Of a DNA stretch of 64,000 nt, positions 1-10,836 are shown one piece after another. The notes beneath the pieces are model-generated. The model did not search any database and was not told the origin of the DNA. It saw nothing but the letters and a program-made list of their open reading frames with translations. The stretch comes from Camelus dromedarius (taxonomy: Eukaryota), in the NCBI RefSeq assembly GCF_036321535.1, contig NC_087436.1:114950001-115014000 (forward strand), in the 5' to 3' direction. The position numbers and the translations under genes are program-made. How positions within the stretch are numbered: the stretch's first letter is position 1; each line of letters opens with the position of its first letter.

Positions 1-69
1 CGTAGCCTGCTCTGGCTCCACTAAGTCATGGCTTCTTTACTGGTCTCTGAGAGTACGCCAGGCACCTAC

Positions 70-532
70 CAGGGAAGTGGTGGATCAGGACGTGAGGCTT
101 CAGCTTGCTCTCTGCCCAGAGCAGAGCATGGAGCTGATGGCCTCTACTTAGCTAAAGCCCATGCCAGCCTGGGTGCCAGCTTTCTGGGTGCAAACCTTGA
201 GTTACAGCTGTAATAATCAGACTGATCCCAGCTCACTGCACAAAAGATGTTTGGGAAAAATAATTTAATATTAAGCACACAGCTTTGCTTAATTTTAGTT
301 CCATCAATCTCTGCAAGGCACCTCCCTCAATAAAATGTGACCCAACTAAGATTTTAAAAATACGTATTTAAGTATTGATGCCCTGTTAGGGTGAACCTGG
401 CCACTGCGATTCTCTTAAGTGGGCTCTGTCCTTCCCAGCAGCCCTGTGGTATGTATATGCATTTGGATTTTGCCGTATCTACCAAGAATTATTCAGTCTC
501 ATATCTTAGACCCTACAACTGTGGGTCATACA
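70..532 (-). pseudogene. Candidate exon of decayed minus-strand gene (most distal block seen; 3' boundary uncertain, 237 or 70)
   Basis: Acceptor gtgctcacttgacag| at 533. Candidate donors GCA|GTGAGC (237/236) or CTG|GTAGGT (70/69). One frame reads VYDPQL*GLRYETE*FLVDTAKSKCIYIPQGCWEGQSPLKRIAVARFTLTGHQYLNTYF*NLSWVTFY*GRCLAEIDG. Confidence 0.4.
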
Positions 533-624
533 CTGTCAAGTGAGCACAACAACCTTTTGCAAAATGATAGATTATTATTATCAATATTTTGATAAAATAT
601 GTAATATTAGACATGCATTTTGAG

Positions 625-1105
625 AGCAGATACTGAGTGTGCACTCTGGAATCATATTCTTTAGATTTGAATCCTCAGTGTGTCACTTACTAGTTTGGGG
701 TTTCTCAACCTCAGCATTATTGACATTTTGGGCCAATAATTCTTTGTGTGTGTGTGGAGGGGGGTGGGGTCTGTCCGGTACATTGTAGGATGTTCAGTGG
801 CATTTCTGGCCTCTACCTACTAGCTGTGAATAGAATCTTCCCAGTTAGGATGATTAAAAATGCCTCCAGGCGTCGTCAAGTATCTCTTTGCTTAAGGTGG
901 AGTGGGGTGATTTTTCTGGGTAAAGAACCGTGGCTCTAGCTGATGGCCTTGGGAAATGTTTAAACCTCTGTGGGATTTGATTCCTTTTAACAGTAAAAAT
1001 GTATATAATAAAACCCACCCTTTTCTGTTGTGAAGAGATACAACACATAAATCCATCAGCACACGCTTTGTATACAGAGCACAGTAAACATTAGTTACTA
1101 GTATC
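625..1105 (+). mobile_element. MIR SINE, interrupted by MER20
   Basis: MIR-like gatttgaatcctcagtgtgtcacttactag before 697, resuming ctagctgatggccttgggaaatgtttaaacctctg after 933. Confidence 0.7.
697..933 (-). mobile_element. MER20 (hAT-Charlie non-autonomous DNA transposon)
   Basis: gggtttctcaacctcagcattattgacattttgggccaataattctttg...cattgtaggatgttcagtggcatttctggcctctacctactag...agaaccgtg matches the reverse complement of the MER20 consensus. Confidence 0.85.
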
Positions 1106-1473
1106 AGTTATTTATCATTGTTTATCATAGACACGCAGTATAGTCAGATCATGCTAAAACTGGGAAAACAGAAATAAAAAATATTAACCTGTTTTCCCTA
1201 CATTTGTAAAGGAGTTTGACTCACAGTAAGATTTAGAACAATCAGAGCTGGATATCCTAGGGTGACCTTGTCCAAGTCCGACCCTACTAACCCTTGAGGT
1301 ACATTTTTTATTTTTATCCTAATACCCAAATAATTTGTTTGTGTAGAAGTTGCTTAAGACCATAATATGAATGTAAAACAACAAGTTGATATATCTTTAA
1401 AAAGTATTGAATTTCAAATAATTAAATTCTTATTTGATTTCCCCACTTAATATAGAGCCCAGCTAGAAATTAC

Positions 1474-1649
1474 CCCAGTTGTTCCCTTGGAAAGACATCT
1501 CATGGCCTAAGGGCATGGCCCAGTGGGATCCAAAGATGAACCTCACACGGTATATAAATCTTCTGAAAAGACCAAGAAATCCTGAGTGTATGGGCATTTT
1601 CGCCAGGTTCCATGATATCAATCCAGTTCTCAAAGGGCTTCTTCGCTCC
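1474..1649 (-). pseudogene. Candidate exon of decayed minus-strand gene
   Basis: Acceptor tgattctttacctctag| at 1650. Donors CGT|GTGAGG (1547) or GGG|GTAATT (1474). One frame is stop-free over the whole block: ERRSPLRTGLISWNLAKMPIHSGFLGLFRRFIYRVRFIFGSHWAMPLGHEMSFQGNNW. Confidence 0.55.
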
Positions 1650-1699
1650 CTAGAGGTAAAGAATCACTGTCCAGCTTGTTGAGTTAAAGTGAGAGGTTA

Positions 1700-1835
1700 G
1701 TTTGGTCATCTTCAGAACTCTGCTACTGATGGTCAGTGTGATGATCTGTGTTCCCTGGACTTCAATTTTCCCATCTGTAAAATGAGCATGATTGAACTTA
1801 CTGATCTCTAAAGTCCCATTTCATCCTAACTTCCT
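1700..1835 (+). mobile_element. MIR/MIR3 fragment
   Basis: Core cttcaattttcccatctgtaaaatgag...gatctctaaagtccc. Confidence 0.6.
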
Positions 1836-2017
1836 GCAGTTTAAAAAACTTAGCCTTAAAAACTTTACTCCATTTATAAGAGTATACTATTAACTTTCCC
1901 AAAGTAGTGTCAACCTAAAACATTTGCTTCTCAAAAAACTCAGATTCTAAAAAAATTTTTTTTTTTAATTTGTAAAAATTCCCTAAGACTCATCATGGTA
2001 GTCAGGATTTTACTCAC

Positions 2018-2425
2018 TTTTTAAAGAAATTTTTGCTATGTACAGAAACTATATATTTAAGAACTAGGTTTATGAAGTATTCTACCAGGTAACAGATATT
2101 GTAAGTGGCAAGAAAATCCAAACAGCATAAAGAGAGCTGTCTGGTTGGAGCAGAAGCCATATGGGCTGTTAGGATCCCAGTCTTGATTTCCAGCAGGAAG
2201 GAAATCAATGAAATAGATGTGCTTTTCACTGCAAAAGTTGCTTTTGCCCCCAAGGCATGTCTCCAAAAGAACCCAGTGGGAGTGAGAGGATGATGTTGGC
2301 CATAACCCTGTTACTTTGATTTGGGGACCACTCATAAAACACAAATTTCCTGGTTTTGGTGGTCCCTCAGTAGCCAATAACGTAGAGACTGTTCCCTTCC
2401 CCATAGAGTAAGTGGTGCACTCGTA
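2018..2425 (-). pseudogene. Candidate 408-nt exon of decayed minus-strand gene
   Basis: Very strong acceptor cctttttctttcttttctttttttctag| at 2426 and consensus donor |GTGAGT at 2017-2012. Contains the 115-aa and 79-aa minus-strand ORFs of the track, but all three frames have stops. Confidence 0.65.
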
Positions 2426-2695
2426 CTAGAAAAAAAGAAAAGAAAGAAAAAGGCGTTCAGTTCTCAGAGGCACATTAAGCTCAATGGTGAGGTGAAATCT
2501 TAGAAGATAATTTTTTTTCCTCTAGAGCATGTAATGAAAAAATAACTATTTTCTGCATAAGAATCAATTATTATTAATTAATAAATTATGTTTACCCATG
2601 ATAGGTTATAATAAGAGTGCATTTATTTTTATTGTCAGTAAGTCTATCGTGAAACTCAACTTGGGGAACCAGGAAAACAATTTCAAAAGGCTTAC

Positions 2696-2940
2696 ACAAG
2701 AGGCTTATAGGGAGAATAACTGATTTAGGGGATATGGATTGTTGCTACTGTGTCGTCAGTCCCTGTCTATCAAACCTAAAGATTAGAAAGATTAGAAGTT
2801 TAGATCTATGATCCAGCGATCCCATGGCTTATGATAGAGCAATGCTTGAAAGTATAGTTTTGTGCATGATTTGGGGGCTATAGAAAACCAGAGATTATCC
2901 AGAGATCAGCAAGAAACAAATTTTGGTTGAATAATGGACA
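2696..2940 (-). pseudogene. Candidate 245-nt exon of decayed minus-strand gene
   Basis: Strong acceptor cttggttttcttgttttgtcctcttcag| at 2941 and donor TGT|GTAAGC at 2695. Stops in all frames; a small tandem duplication (aaagattag x2) lies inside. Confidence 0.55.
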
Positions 2941-3040
2941 CTGAAGAGGACAAAACAAGAAAACCAAGTAGAAGTTGTAGCAAAGCTGGTTTTATTTCAA
3001 TTAAAAAAGTGTTTTAATAATTTCCATTGTTCAGTAGTAG

Positions 3041-3153
3041 TAGGGTCACTGACCCTTCTGATTAAGTCAGGACTGAATGGTTTCCGGTCCTGGGGACTTT
3101 CGGTTATAAAATTGAGAAAGTTCTGGGCAAACCAGAATGTGTTGGTTACCTTA
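3041..3153 (-). mobile_element. MER81 (hAT-Blackjack MITE)
   Basis: About 113 bp with TIR-like ends tagggtcact...ttggttacctta and internal gggactttc...gaaagttctgggcaaaccag. Confidence 0.75.
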
Positions 3154-3154
3154 C

Positions 3155-3317
3155 CGACAAGTTAAGAAAGCTTTTGAAGTAGTGAGCACACCATCTGTGG
3201 AGGTGATCAAGTAGAGGCTGACCAGTTCTCAGGGATGTGTCTGGGAAGTTTTTGTTTTGGAGGAGTATGAGCTCGGTAACCTCTGTGGGAGTCAACCTAG
3301 TCTGAGACACTGAGACA
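3155..3317 (-). pseudogene. Candidate 163-nt exon of decayed minus-strand gene
   Basis: Acceptor ggttatttttctttgtag| at 3318 and donor TCG|GTAAGG at 3154, which overlaps the MER81 end. One frame is open throughout: VSVSQTRLTPTEVTELILLQNKNFPDTSLRTGQPLLDHLHRWCAHYFKSFLNLS. Confidence 0.55.
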
Positions 3318-3519
3318 CTACAAAGAAAAATAACCTGTGGTAGAGCCAACTTCATTGCTAAATCCTCTGGAATGAGAAATCCTTCCATATTTAGATTCCA
3401 TATTTAGAATTCAAGTGAGTTGAATCTTCTAAAATAATCCCCAGTCCCTCTAGGGGATTGCTGCAATCAAGCTATCCATCAAGAAAATATTTGAGACAGA
3501 GACAGACACTCAGCCTATT

Positions 3520-3735
3520 TACAAGAAAAGCAAAGAATTTGGAATCGAGGGAATTTATGCTTAAATTCGAAGTCTAGGACTCAGTGGATTTAGACAATTT
3601 GTTTAATCTCCTTGATCGTGGATTTCTCACCTCTGAAACAAGGATGGTAACATCTACCCTGCTTATTTTATGGGGTTGATGGGAGGACCATACCAGATAG
3701 TGTATGGTAAGGCATCGTGAACTGCAAAGCACATC
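3520..3735 (+). mobile_element. MIR
   Basis: tttctcacctctgaaacaaggatggtaacatctaccctg...gggttgatgggagga core-like segment. Confidence 0.6.
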
Positions 3736-4569
3736 CATTTTCATTGCAAGTTTTTTTAAAAAATTGAAGAACAGTTTATTTACAATGTTGTGTTAGTTTC
3801 TGGTGTACAGCGTAGTAATTTTAAAAAACATGATTCTCCCTACCATCCTGAGATGTTGACAAGGCTGGTGGTATGCTCACAAGCCAAATAGATGTGGACG
3901 AGCTGCATTATTTAAAGTAGGCTAAACTATGGTAACAAAAAAATGGAAGAATTTATAAGAAGTCAATGTGAATAGCAGATTATTTCTGGTTGATGTTGAT
4001 AGTTCAACAATAATTCACAGACCCAGGCAACTCCCAGTTCGTGGCTCTGGCTCTCTCTGGAGTTTCATTCCATCCTTACTACCCAGTAGGACAGTGAAAG
4101 GAGGATATAGAGACAACACACTTAACCTCTTAAAAGCTATGCCCAGAAATGGCCCCCATCAAGTCCACTCACGTTCTGTTGTCTGGAACACACTCACATG
4201 GCCAAATCATGCATGAGCACCTGGAAACTGTAGCCTGGTGTGGGCCCAGGACCGTGGGAAAGATCGCTGGAGGTAGGATACGTCAGATCATTGTAAGTGG
4301 TGACGCTCATGCCCACAGGTTTTAGGTTTTTTCATTGTGATTGTTATTGCCATCCTGGGAAGTTGAACATGGATTTTAATTTTAATGAACAGTCAACGGT
4401 CTCTGTCTCAAGACTCTCATGGCTATGGCACGCTCACAACTAACGTTTAACTGGTTCTAGTGTCTGGACTTAGTAGCAGCCCAGCCTCATCTACTCAAAC
4501 GTGCCATAAGCAACTGGGAAATGCCTGGATGAAACTAAGAATCAATTACCAGATCTCTAATCTCCTCCT

Positions 4570-4685
4570 GCTACTTAATTCTGCCTTTACGGAGCACCTA
4601 CCTTGTGCCAGGCATGTTGCTGAGTATAGGATGCCTAACAATAGACAGAACATGGTGCTTACTGTCAAAGAGCTCACAGACAGTA
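4570..4685 (-). mobile_element. L2 3' end
   Basis: gagcacctaccttgtgccaggcatgttgctgag...aaagagctcacag. Confidence 0.65.
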
Positions 4686-4978
4686 TCAATTTATTTTCCT
4701 TGGTTTCTCCAAAGGTGTTTCTTCCTCCTACCTGGTCTTTGTCAGTCCAACGTGCATAAATATTTTTAAACTGTTTCTTAAACGCTGTGATGAAAGTGAC
4801 TTCATCTCACAAAAGCGGCCATGTTTTCCCTTTCATCCTATTTCTCGGTCCTTCTCTGTGGAATGAATATTTGATGCTTTAAGAAAAGTGTCAGTTTAGT
4901 GATAGATACCAAATAACATGTGCAAGGAACACCTCATGGGATGACAGGTGTGAGCTGGGTTATAAAGCTGCTTTCTCC

Positions 4979-5490
4979 AGTATCAGCTGGGATGCTTAGC
5001 TTGCTGCTAACAGAATCCCCTGCTTCACTTAACCTAAGCGATAAGAAAAAAGCTGACGTTTCCTCTACAGAGAGAAACTCCAAGGTGGGGCGGTTCCAAG
5101 GCTGGGTAATTTTGTGATTCAGCCACGACGTCAAGGACTCAAGCTGTCTGTGTCAACGTTGCTACTCAGTATGTCCCCTCCTAGTCACAGACGACCGCTG
5201 TGGGTCCAGTTGTTCCAGGATCTAGGAAAAGACATGTCTAGGAAGAGTCTCACTTACACGTCCTACTCCAGTCACACCACTGCAGGAGCAGCAGCAGAAG
5301 CTCCCTGTCAGACCTCCCCTCTGTCCACAGTGGCATATGGTCAGCTTCCGTAGGTCAGTTTTCCTTCCCTAAGTCAATTACTGGCAAGAGGAATGGAATT
5401 ACTGTGACTGGTCTAGTTAAGCACAAGGCTGGGTGGAGGAGGGTGTATCATCCAAACAAAGTAACATTGTTGTTAGCAAGAAAGGAGGAC
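4979..5490 (-). mobile_element. Old MaLR LTR (MLT1J/I/K-like)
   Basis: gtatcagctgggatgcttagcttgctgctaacaga...gggcggttccaaggctgggtaattttgtgattcagccacgacgtcaaggac resembles old MLT1 LTRs. Confidence 0.55.
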
Positions 5491-5497
5491 GGTGTAC

Positions 5498-5914
5498 CTG
5501 TTTCCTTTAGGAAACAAGAACATTGGCTACACCATCAGTACCCAGGTTTCATCCCAGATGCTCCTGTTACTGACTGGTTTTATTTTTCTAATTCCTCTCC
5601 TGTTTTCTACTTTGGCTATTTTCTCAGCTCTACGCACCACTCTGTCTCCCAGCTGTACTCCCCACCCCGCATCCTTCAGGCTGGACCAGCCTGCTCCGAT
5701 GATACATGAAGGCAGCATGGCACACGCTCTGCTGAGATGGGTAAGACTGGGGGTTGTGACAACTGCCAGCTACATTTTTGTGTGTGTGCAAAGTAACAGG
5801 ATATTAGCTTAAATAAAATAACTTCTGAGTTCCATGGGCAGAATTCAAGAACTGTTTCTCCCCCCTCTTTGACATGCCCCACTGCAGAATACTCAACATA
5901 ATTAATCATTAATT
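5498..5914 (-). pseudogene. Candidate exon of decayed minus-strand gene (3' end uncertain)
   Basis: Acceptor ccaattttcaactgcag| at 5915 and possible donor CAG|GTACAC at 5497. Begins with the track ORF 5676..5909 (MINYVEYSAVGHVKEGGETVLEFCPWNSEVILFKLISCYF...). Confidence 0.4.
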
Positions 5915-6030
5915 CTGCAGTTGAAAATTGGTATTTTTAAATCAATGCCAGGGGTTCTGCAGAAGTGAGGCAAGGTCCTCTGTAGAAACAGGTGGGTTTG
6001 GGCAGGAGGGCTCCAGAATTCCCCACTCAC

Positions 6031-6130
6031 CTAATCCCAACTCACACTTCACTCAGAAATGCTGGTGTTCCTGTCTGTTATATATGCATCAAACATCATA
6101 TAGAACACTTCTTTTGAGTGAAATTTCTGA
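6031..6130 (-). pseudogene. Candidate 100-nt exon of decayed minus-strand gene
   Basis: Acceptor gttatttttatatag| at 6131 and perfect donor TAG|GTGAGT at 6030. Confidence 0.55.
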
Positions 6131-6447
6131 CTATATAAAAATAACTTTAAAATGTCTCTTAAAGGTAGTCATTTAGGTGCCCCTCATTCCTTTTGACCTC
6201 AAACTTCTCAAAGTTTATACTAGATCTTATCTCCCTACTTCCAAACTCTTGACTCCATTGACCATGTATTTGATGCTACCTTCAGACCCTAGAAAATCTG
6301 ACATGTGTTCTGACTCTACCTCTTGGCTCTTCACGTAGGATTTCTCTTAATATGCGATTGTCCTCCTTTCGTCCACCACCTCCAAATTAAAAGAAGGTGT
6401 CCTCTGTCATCTCTGATGAGAACCTGTAGATCTGATTTCCAGCTCAC

Positions 6448-7268
6448 CTCTTTTTCCAGCACCTTAGCTGGTTCCTGATCACAACCGTTCCAGCCCCATT
6501 TGTACCAAGGAAGAAAGGTTTGAACACTGCGTAGCATTCCCTTGGACTGATTCTAGGAAGTCCCTCGGCAGTTCTGAGGCTCCCTTAAGCCCTTAGGTGG
6601 CTCGCAGCAATTCTCATTCCCATCGCAGGGGTGATTCTCTGGGCACCGAGCTCTTTGTCTTTCACTAGGAGAATGTCTGCTCTGAGAAGCCAATCCCTTC
6701 TGTTTCAAAGGCTGAATTCATTCCTTTTGCTGCCTGAAATCTCGACTATGACTACACTTGCCTCTTTAAACATGGTAAATATCTTGCCCACAGAATCTGT
6801 GGAATTCTTGTCTCCTGAGACAGATGAAATTGCACTGGACCTGGTCCTCAAAAAGATGATTGTTGTGCTGGCAGGGGGACAGGTGGGATGACCTGAAGGT
6901 CTCCTCTGGCTCTAATTCTGATGATGTGATTCTAACCAGATGGGGCCAATGGCGCATTAGACGTCTATCGATGCTACCTCTGTGCTTTTCATCCTGGGTT
7001 TATTCTTCTGGTAACTGTATATTTTCTTTGGCCCGGGCTCTCCATTTGTGATGCACAGCATGTGCGTCACAAAAGCCTTTTGTGTCTCGCACGGAACAGG
7101 CTGTAAAGGGTTCCTGAAGGAACTGAGCAAATCGGATGTCTGCATCTACATTTTCATTTTCTGATGGAAACCCTGCGATCCTTCACAGATTACGGCTTTT
7201 AGTGTATTTTGTTTATTTGAATATGGCCAAAGACATGACTTCTTAATATTATGGTGTCATGTCTGTGT
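6448..7268 (-). pseudogene. Candidate large (821-nt) exon of decayed minus-strand gene
   Basis: Strong acceptor ggtttattatttttcttcag| at 7269 and donor GAG|GTGAGC at 6447. The block is repeat-free. ATG at 7260 is in frame with track ORFs 6766..6957 and 6331..6537 and with a phase-0 donor, but that frame has 8 stops in 271 codons. Confidence 0.55.
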
Positions 7269-7799
7269 CTGAAGAAAAATAATAAACCATAGTACAGTAT
7301 CACACCATGTATGGTTTTTTCCTTAATAAGGGAGCAGGGTAGTTATTAAACAGTCATTTAAAGACAGTTGGATCGTCGTTAGAGAAATATAAACTGCCTG
7401 GAGACCAGAGTTTTTTTTATGACTTTAGCAATTTCATATATTAGGCATTACATTTACTTGGAAATGTGCACTGTCCACAGGTTTCTTTTTCATCTGTACT
7501 ACACTGGGAAAAGACGGAGTCTATTGATGCAAGAGCTGAGGGATTTCTCGGTGGCTCATTTTCGGGTTTACCAACATGGCACTGTCTCATCATGGACCCT
7601 GTCATGAACTGAATGCAGAGCCTGGCTATAGAGGTAGGAACATCTGTGCTTAGAACTGGGCCAGCTGAGCACTGGGCATCTTTTATGGTAGGACACATTC
7701 GATGTTTCCTAATTTTCCCGTATTGAGAAGCAACCCATGGTACTTACTGGTTTGGTCATCTTCTTGTGCTGGGGCCTAACGACACCCCATTGTATGTTG

Positions 7800-9160
7800 G
7801 ATAGAATCCAAATCCCTTTGCCCAACATATAAATTTTTTCCTAATCAAACCTTAAGTTATCTTCTCTAGTCTCATTACGCTTCGATATTTCTTTCTGAAT
7901 GCTAACCTAAAAAACCTAAAACCATTTGTCATCCCAAAACTAACACTTTCCAGCACATTTCAGTTTTTGGCTTACTCTTCCTTTTGTCTAGGTTTCCCAC
8001 TCAGCTCATCTGCTCCTAGGGAACTCCTATTCATCCTTCAAAACACAAGTTAAGAGCCATTACCTTTCATTCAAAACATTCATCATGTATCTCCTAAATG
8101 CTGGATGCTGAGGTGGTTCCTGCCCTCACAGAGCTGGTTTAATCAAGTAGGAAAGGCAAAAAAGCTCAATAAGGAATTACAAGATGCACTTTCTGATAGG
8201 AGTTGTTCAAGGTGTCTGAGCTGAAGCACTAAAATAAAGTTTTAAAAAATGCTGTCTTGACTCAGTTTGAGACGTTGGCAAGAGGCCAGTTAGTTCCTCT
8301 TCCTGAGCAGCTGATGAAGTCTCATCTCCAACCACCTCCTTTTCTGGGCTTACACACTCTGAGCCACTGTAAACCTGCCCTCATGTCCCCAAGGCCAACC
8401 CCGGTGCCCTAGAGCTTGCTGAAGTTGTTCCAAGTAGCCAATCCTAAGCCTGCTTACCTCGCCTTGCCCGTTCCTTCCTAGCGATGCCACCGTAAAGGCA
8501 TTTGCCCACAGCTCCCCCTTCTCCCTCCACCTTGTGACTCACCTGGGTGCTTCCCCACATGGCCCTGCATGGCGTGCTGTGTTTTCCCCAGGGAACTGAG
8601 TAACAAAACTATAAAACTCTTTCCGGTTTCTTTCTCTTGAACTGTGTCTGGCTTCACCATGCCTCTCCCAAGGTAATATGGTTCGAACAAGCAGGGCACC
8701 TACTGCAGACTGGAGAGGGTCACAGGTTGAGACCTGTTCTGAAGGACGAGTAGGGGTTAAACAAGTGGAGTACGGGGAAGAGTGATATGGGCAGAGGAAC
8801 CGGGGCTTCTAGAGGAAACAAGTGTGTTACGACCTGAAAGAAAGGCTGCCTGAGATGTTCAGGGACTGAGAAAATGTTATTGGGGCTGGGTGTTGGTGGG
8901 AGAGAGGAGAGAGTGGAGGAGAGAGAGGCGGGTGGAGTCCAGTCATGGAGCCTGTGAGCAGTGGTTCCGTGAACAGCGGCATCGGGTTTAAACGTCCATC
9001 AGACACACTCGCACTGTTTTCTGTCTCTGTGCTCACACTTTGTCTCCTTCGCTAGACTTAAACTCCTTGAAGGAAGGAACCATGTCTCATTCATCTTCGT
9101 ATCTCCAAGATTGACAGGTGCATTTTGGGAATGTGAGTTGAAGGCGTTATTGAATTAAAT
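7800..9160 (+). mobile_element. L2 (+) interrupted by L2 (-, about 8068-9000), itself interrupted by a MER74-type LTR
   Basis: gaactcctattcatccttcaaaacac... resumes as ctagacttaaactccttgaaggaaggaaccatgtctcattcatc. The inner L2 starts ttcattcaaaacatt...cctgccctcacagagct and resumes ctgaaggacgagtaggggtt. Confidence 0.55.
8215..8689 (+). mobile_element. ERVL LTR, MER74 family (solo)
   Basis: agccaatcctaagcctgcttacctcgccttgcccgttccttcc...ggtgcttccccacatggccctgcatggcgtg...gggaactgagtaacaaaact, ending ...aaca. Confidence 0.7.
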
Positions 9161-9893
9161 TCCATCCAGCAGACTGACCATGTCCAATCGATGGTATCAG
9201 ATAAAGGACACGGAAAAAGCCAAACACAGAATACAGTTTTCAAGCCCCAGAAATGGATTGTCTTAGCCTTACAATGTGATGTTTTGCTAAGACTCTAGAA
9301 GGTTCTAATCCTGTCTCAGTCCTCACTAGTGTGTGATCTCAGACATGTGGTATAACCCATTCAACTTTAGTTTCCCCAGCCATAAAATTAATATACTACT
9401 TAGCTCAGTGGGATTTTTCTTCTGGTGAAATTAGACATTGAAGGCAAAATACCGAGTGTAATTGTAACTAATAGAATTAGGTACTTGAAAGTGCTGGTTC
9501 CCTTGCCTCTCGTTCCCAATCTCACTCACCCCTGGAATGCTGACTAGAGGCATTTTAAAAGTGTGTCGAAGTCAGCTGAACATTGGAATAAACCCTCAAA
9601 CTAATGACATAATTGCCTGTAACTGTTTAGGGATCATTGACTTAAAACTATAAGGAGATTCAAAGAACTCCTTGCCCAAGTCCTGCAATGTACACAGGAA
9701 AAGGGTAAAATCCAGAGGGCATGACTTTCTCTGTTAGAGTTATCGTCACACCCTGAGGCCTTGATTTGTCTTGTCAGCTAAATTGCAGACTCCCTTGGTC
9801 AGAGAATATATTATCCTCTCTGGTATTTCACAGAGCCGGACACACAGTAGGTGCTCAATAAATATCAAACAGTGAAAAGGTAATAGGATAAGT

Positions 9894-10045
9894 GAGGGAG
9901 GGCTTAGCACAGTGGTAGCGTGTGTGACTAGCATGCACGAGGTCCTGGGTTCAGTCCCCAGTACCTCCATTAAATACATAAATAACCTAATCACTCCCCA
10001 CCAAAAACAAAACAAAGCAAAACAAAAATAAAATAAAAAATAATT
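9894..10045 (+). mobile_element. tRNA-derived SINE of camelid type (Vic-1-like) with 18-bp TSD
   Basis: A box TAGCACAGTGG, B box GGTTCAGTCC, body gcatgcacgaggtcctgggttcagtccccagtacctccatta, A-rich tail. Perfect direct repeat aaaggtaataggataagt at 9876-9893 and 10046-10063. Confidence 0.9.
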
Positions 10046-10124
10046 AAAGGTAATAGGATAAGTAAATTAACATCTTGAGATTATACAATTTAAAAAATTG
10101 TTGGCTTTTTGATTGTTGCCTCAC

Positions 10125-10270
10125 GTCCAGTTCTGTGCCATGTTGATTTTCTCAATTATATGAAATTTATATAATGTAATAATTCTTTTTTCAAGTTTAA
10201 ATCATTTCCACATAACCAGTAATTACTTCTTAAGACTAATGTCCGCACAGTATTTCTTTGACTCTATATT
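10125..10270 (-). other. Possible second exon of the minus-strand unit
   Basis: Acceptor ctgatcatttccattttcag| at 10271 and donor GAC|GTGAGG at 10124. Good-context ATG (AACATGG) at 10141. Confidence 0.3.
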
Positions 10271-10836
10271 CTGAAAATGGAAATGATCAGTGGGTGAGTT
10301 AAGAAATTAGTGCCTGTTTTTCTTTTGACTGAATGAGATTTCTAGCAGATGTTTGAACTATTAACTGCTCTCACCAAGACCATATCAAACCTATATTATA
10401 AGAAGTATGTGAGAAATGTATCAACCATTTCTTTTCTCTGGCTGGGGGCTGCAGTATTTCACTTTACTTTGGTTTGTATCTACCAACATAATTTTATGTC
10501 CAACAATGGAATTAAGCTTCTTGGGAAGTAATGATAACCACAACTGGACATTTGAAGAAGCAGTTGGTTCAATTCTATTAGGATGTCTTTCATTAGGAGG
10601 AAGTTTGAAATAACACTCTTTAATGTTCTTTCTAGATATAAAACTTAAGCAATTCTTGACACTTGGATGATGAACGCTTCCCAAAATTCTATTAGTCAAA
10701 AGCTGAATAAACCCCAATATTGGCATTCTGGAAAATATTTAAATGGTTTCCTTCTAGTTATTTTAGCAATAATGGAATTCAGCTCAGGAAGTTTATGTTA
10801 AATCCAATCTCACTGCAGTTTCAGTGAGCTTTTCAC

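Noticed and set aside
2018..2300. Faint resemblance of some frames to nitric oxide synthase, arylamine N-acetyltransferase or transglutaminase-like motifs
   Set aside because: Only scattered residues match, spacing is inconsistent and the candidates are mutually incompatible.
390..6390. A plus-strand chain of small exons (390-448, 1607-1655, 2027-2088, 6339-6390) can be spliced into an open peptide ending ...KYSTRISLNMRLSSFRPPPPN*
   Set aside because: It was assembled by hand with many free choices, the peptide is unrecognised, and three of the four pieces overlap minus-strand blocks with clearly stronger splice signals. Not fully excluded; RNA-seq would settle it.
7281..7286. AATAAA as a plus-strand poly(A) signal
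   Set aside because: Better explained as part of the minus-strand polypyrimidine tract of the 7269 acceptor.
9894..9970. tRNA gene
   Set aside because: It has a SINE body, A-rich tail and TSD; it is a tRNA-derived SINE, not a tRNA gene.
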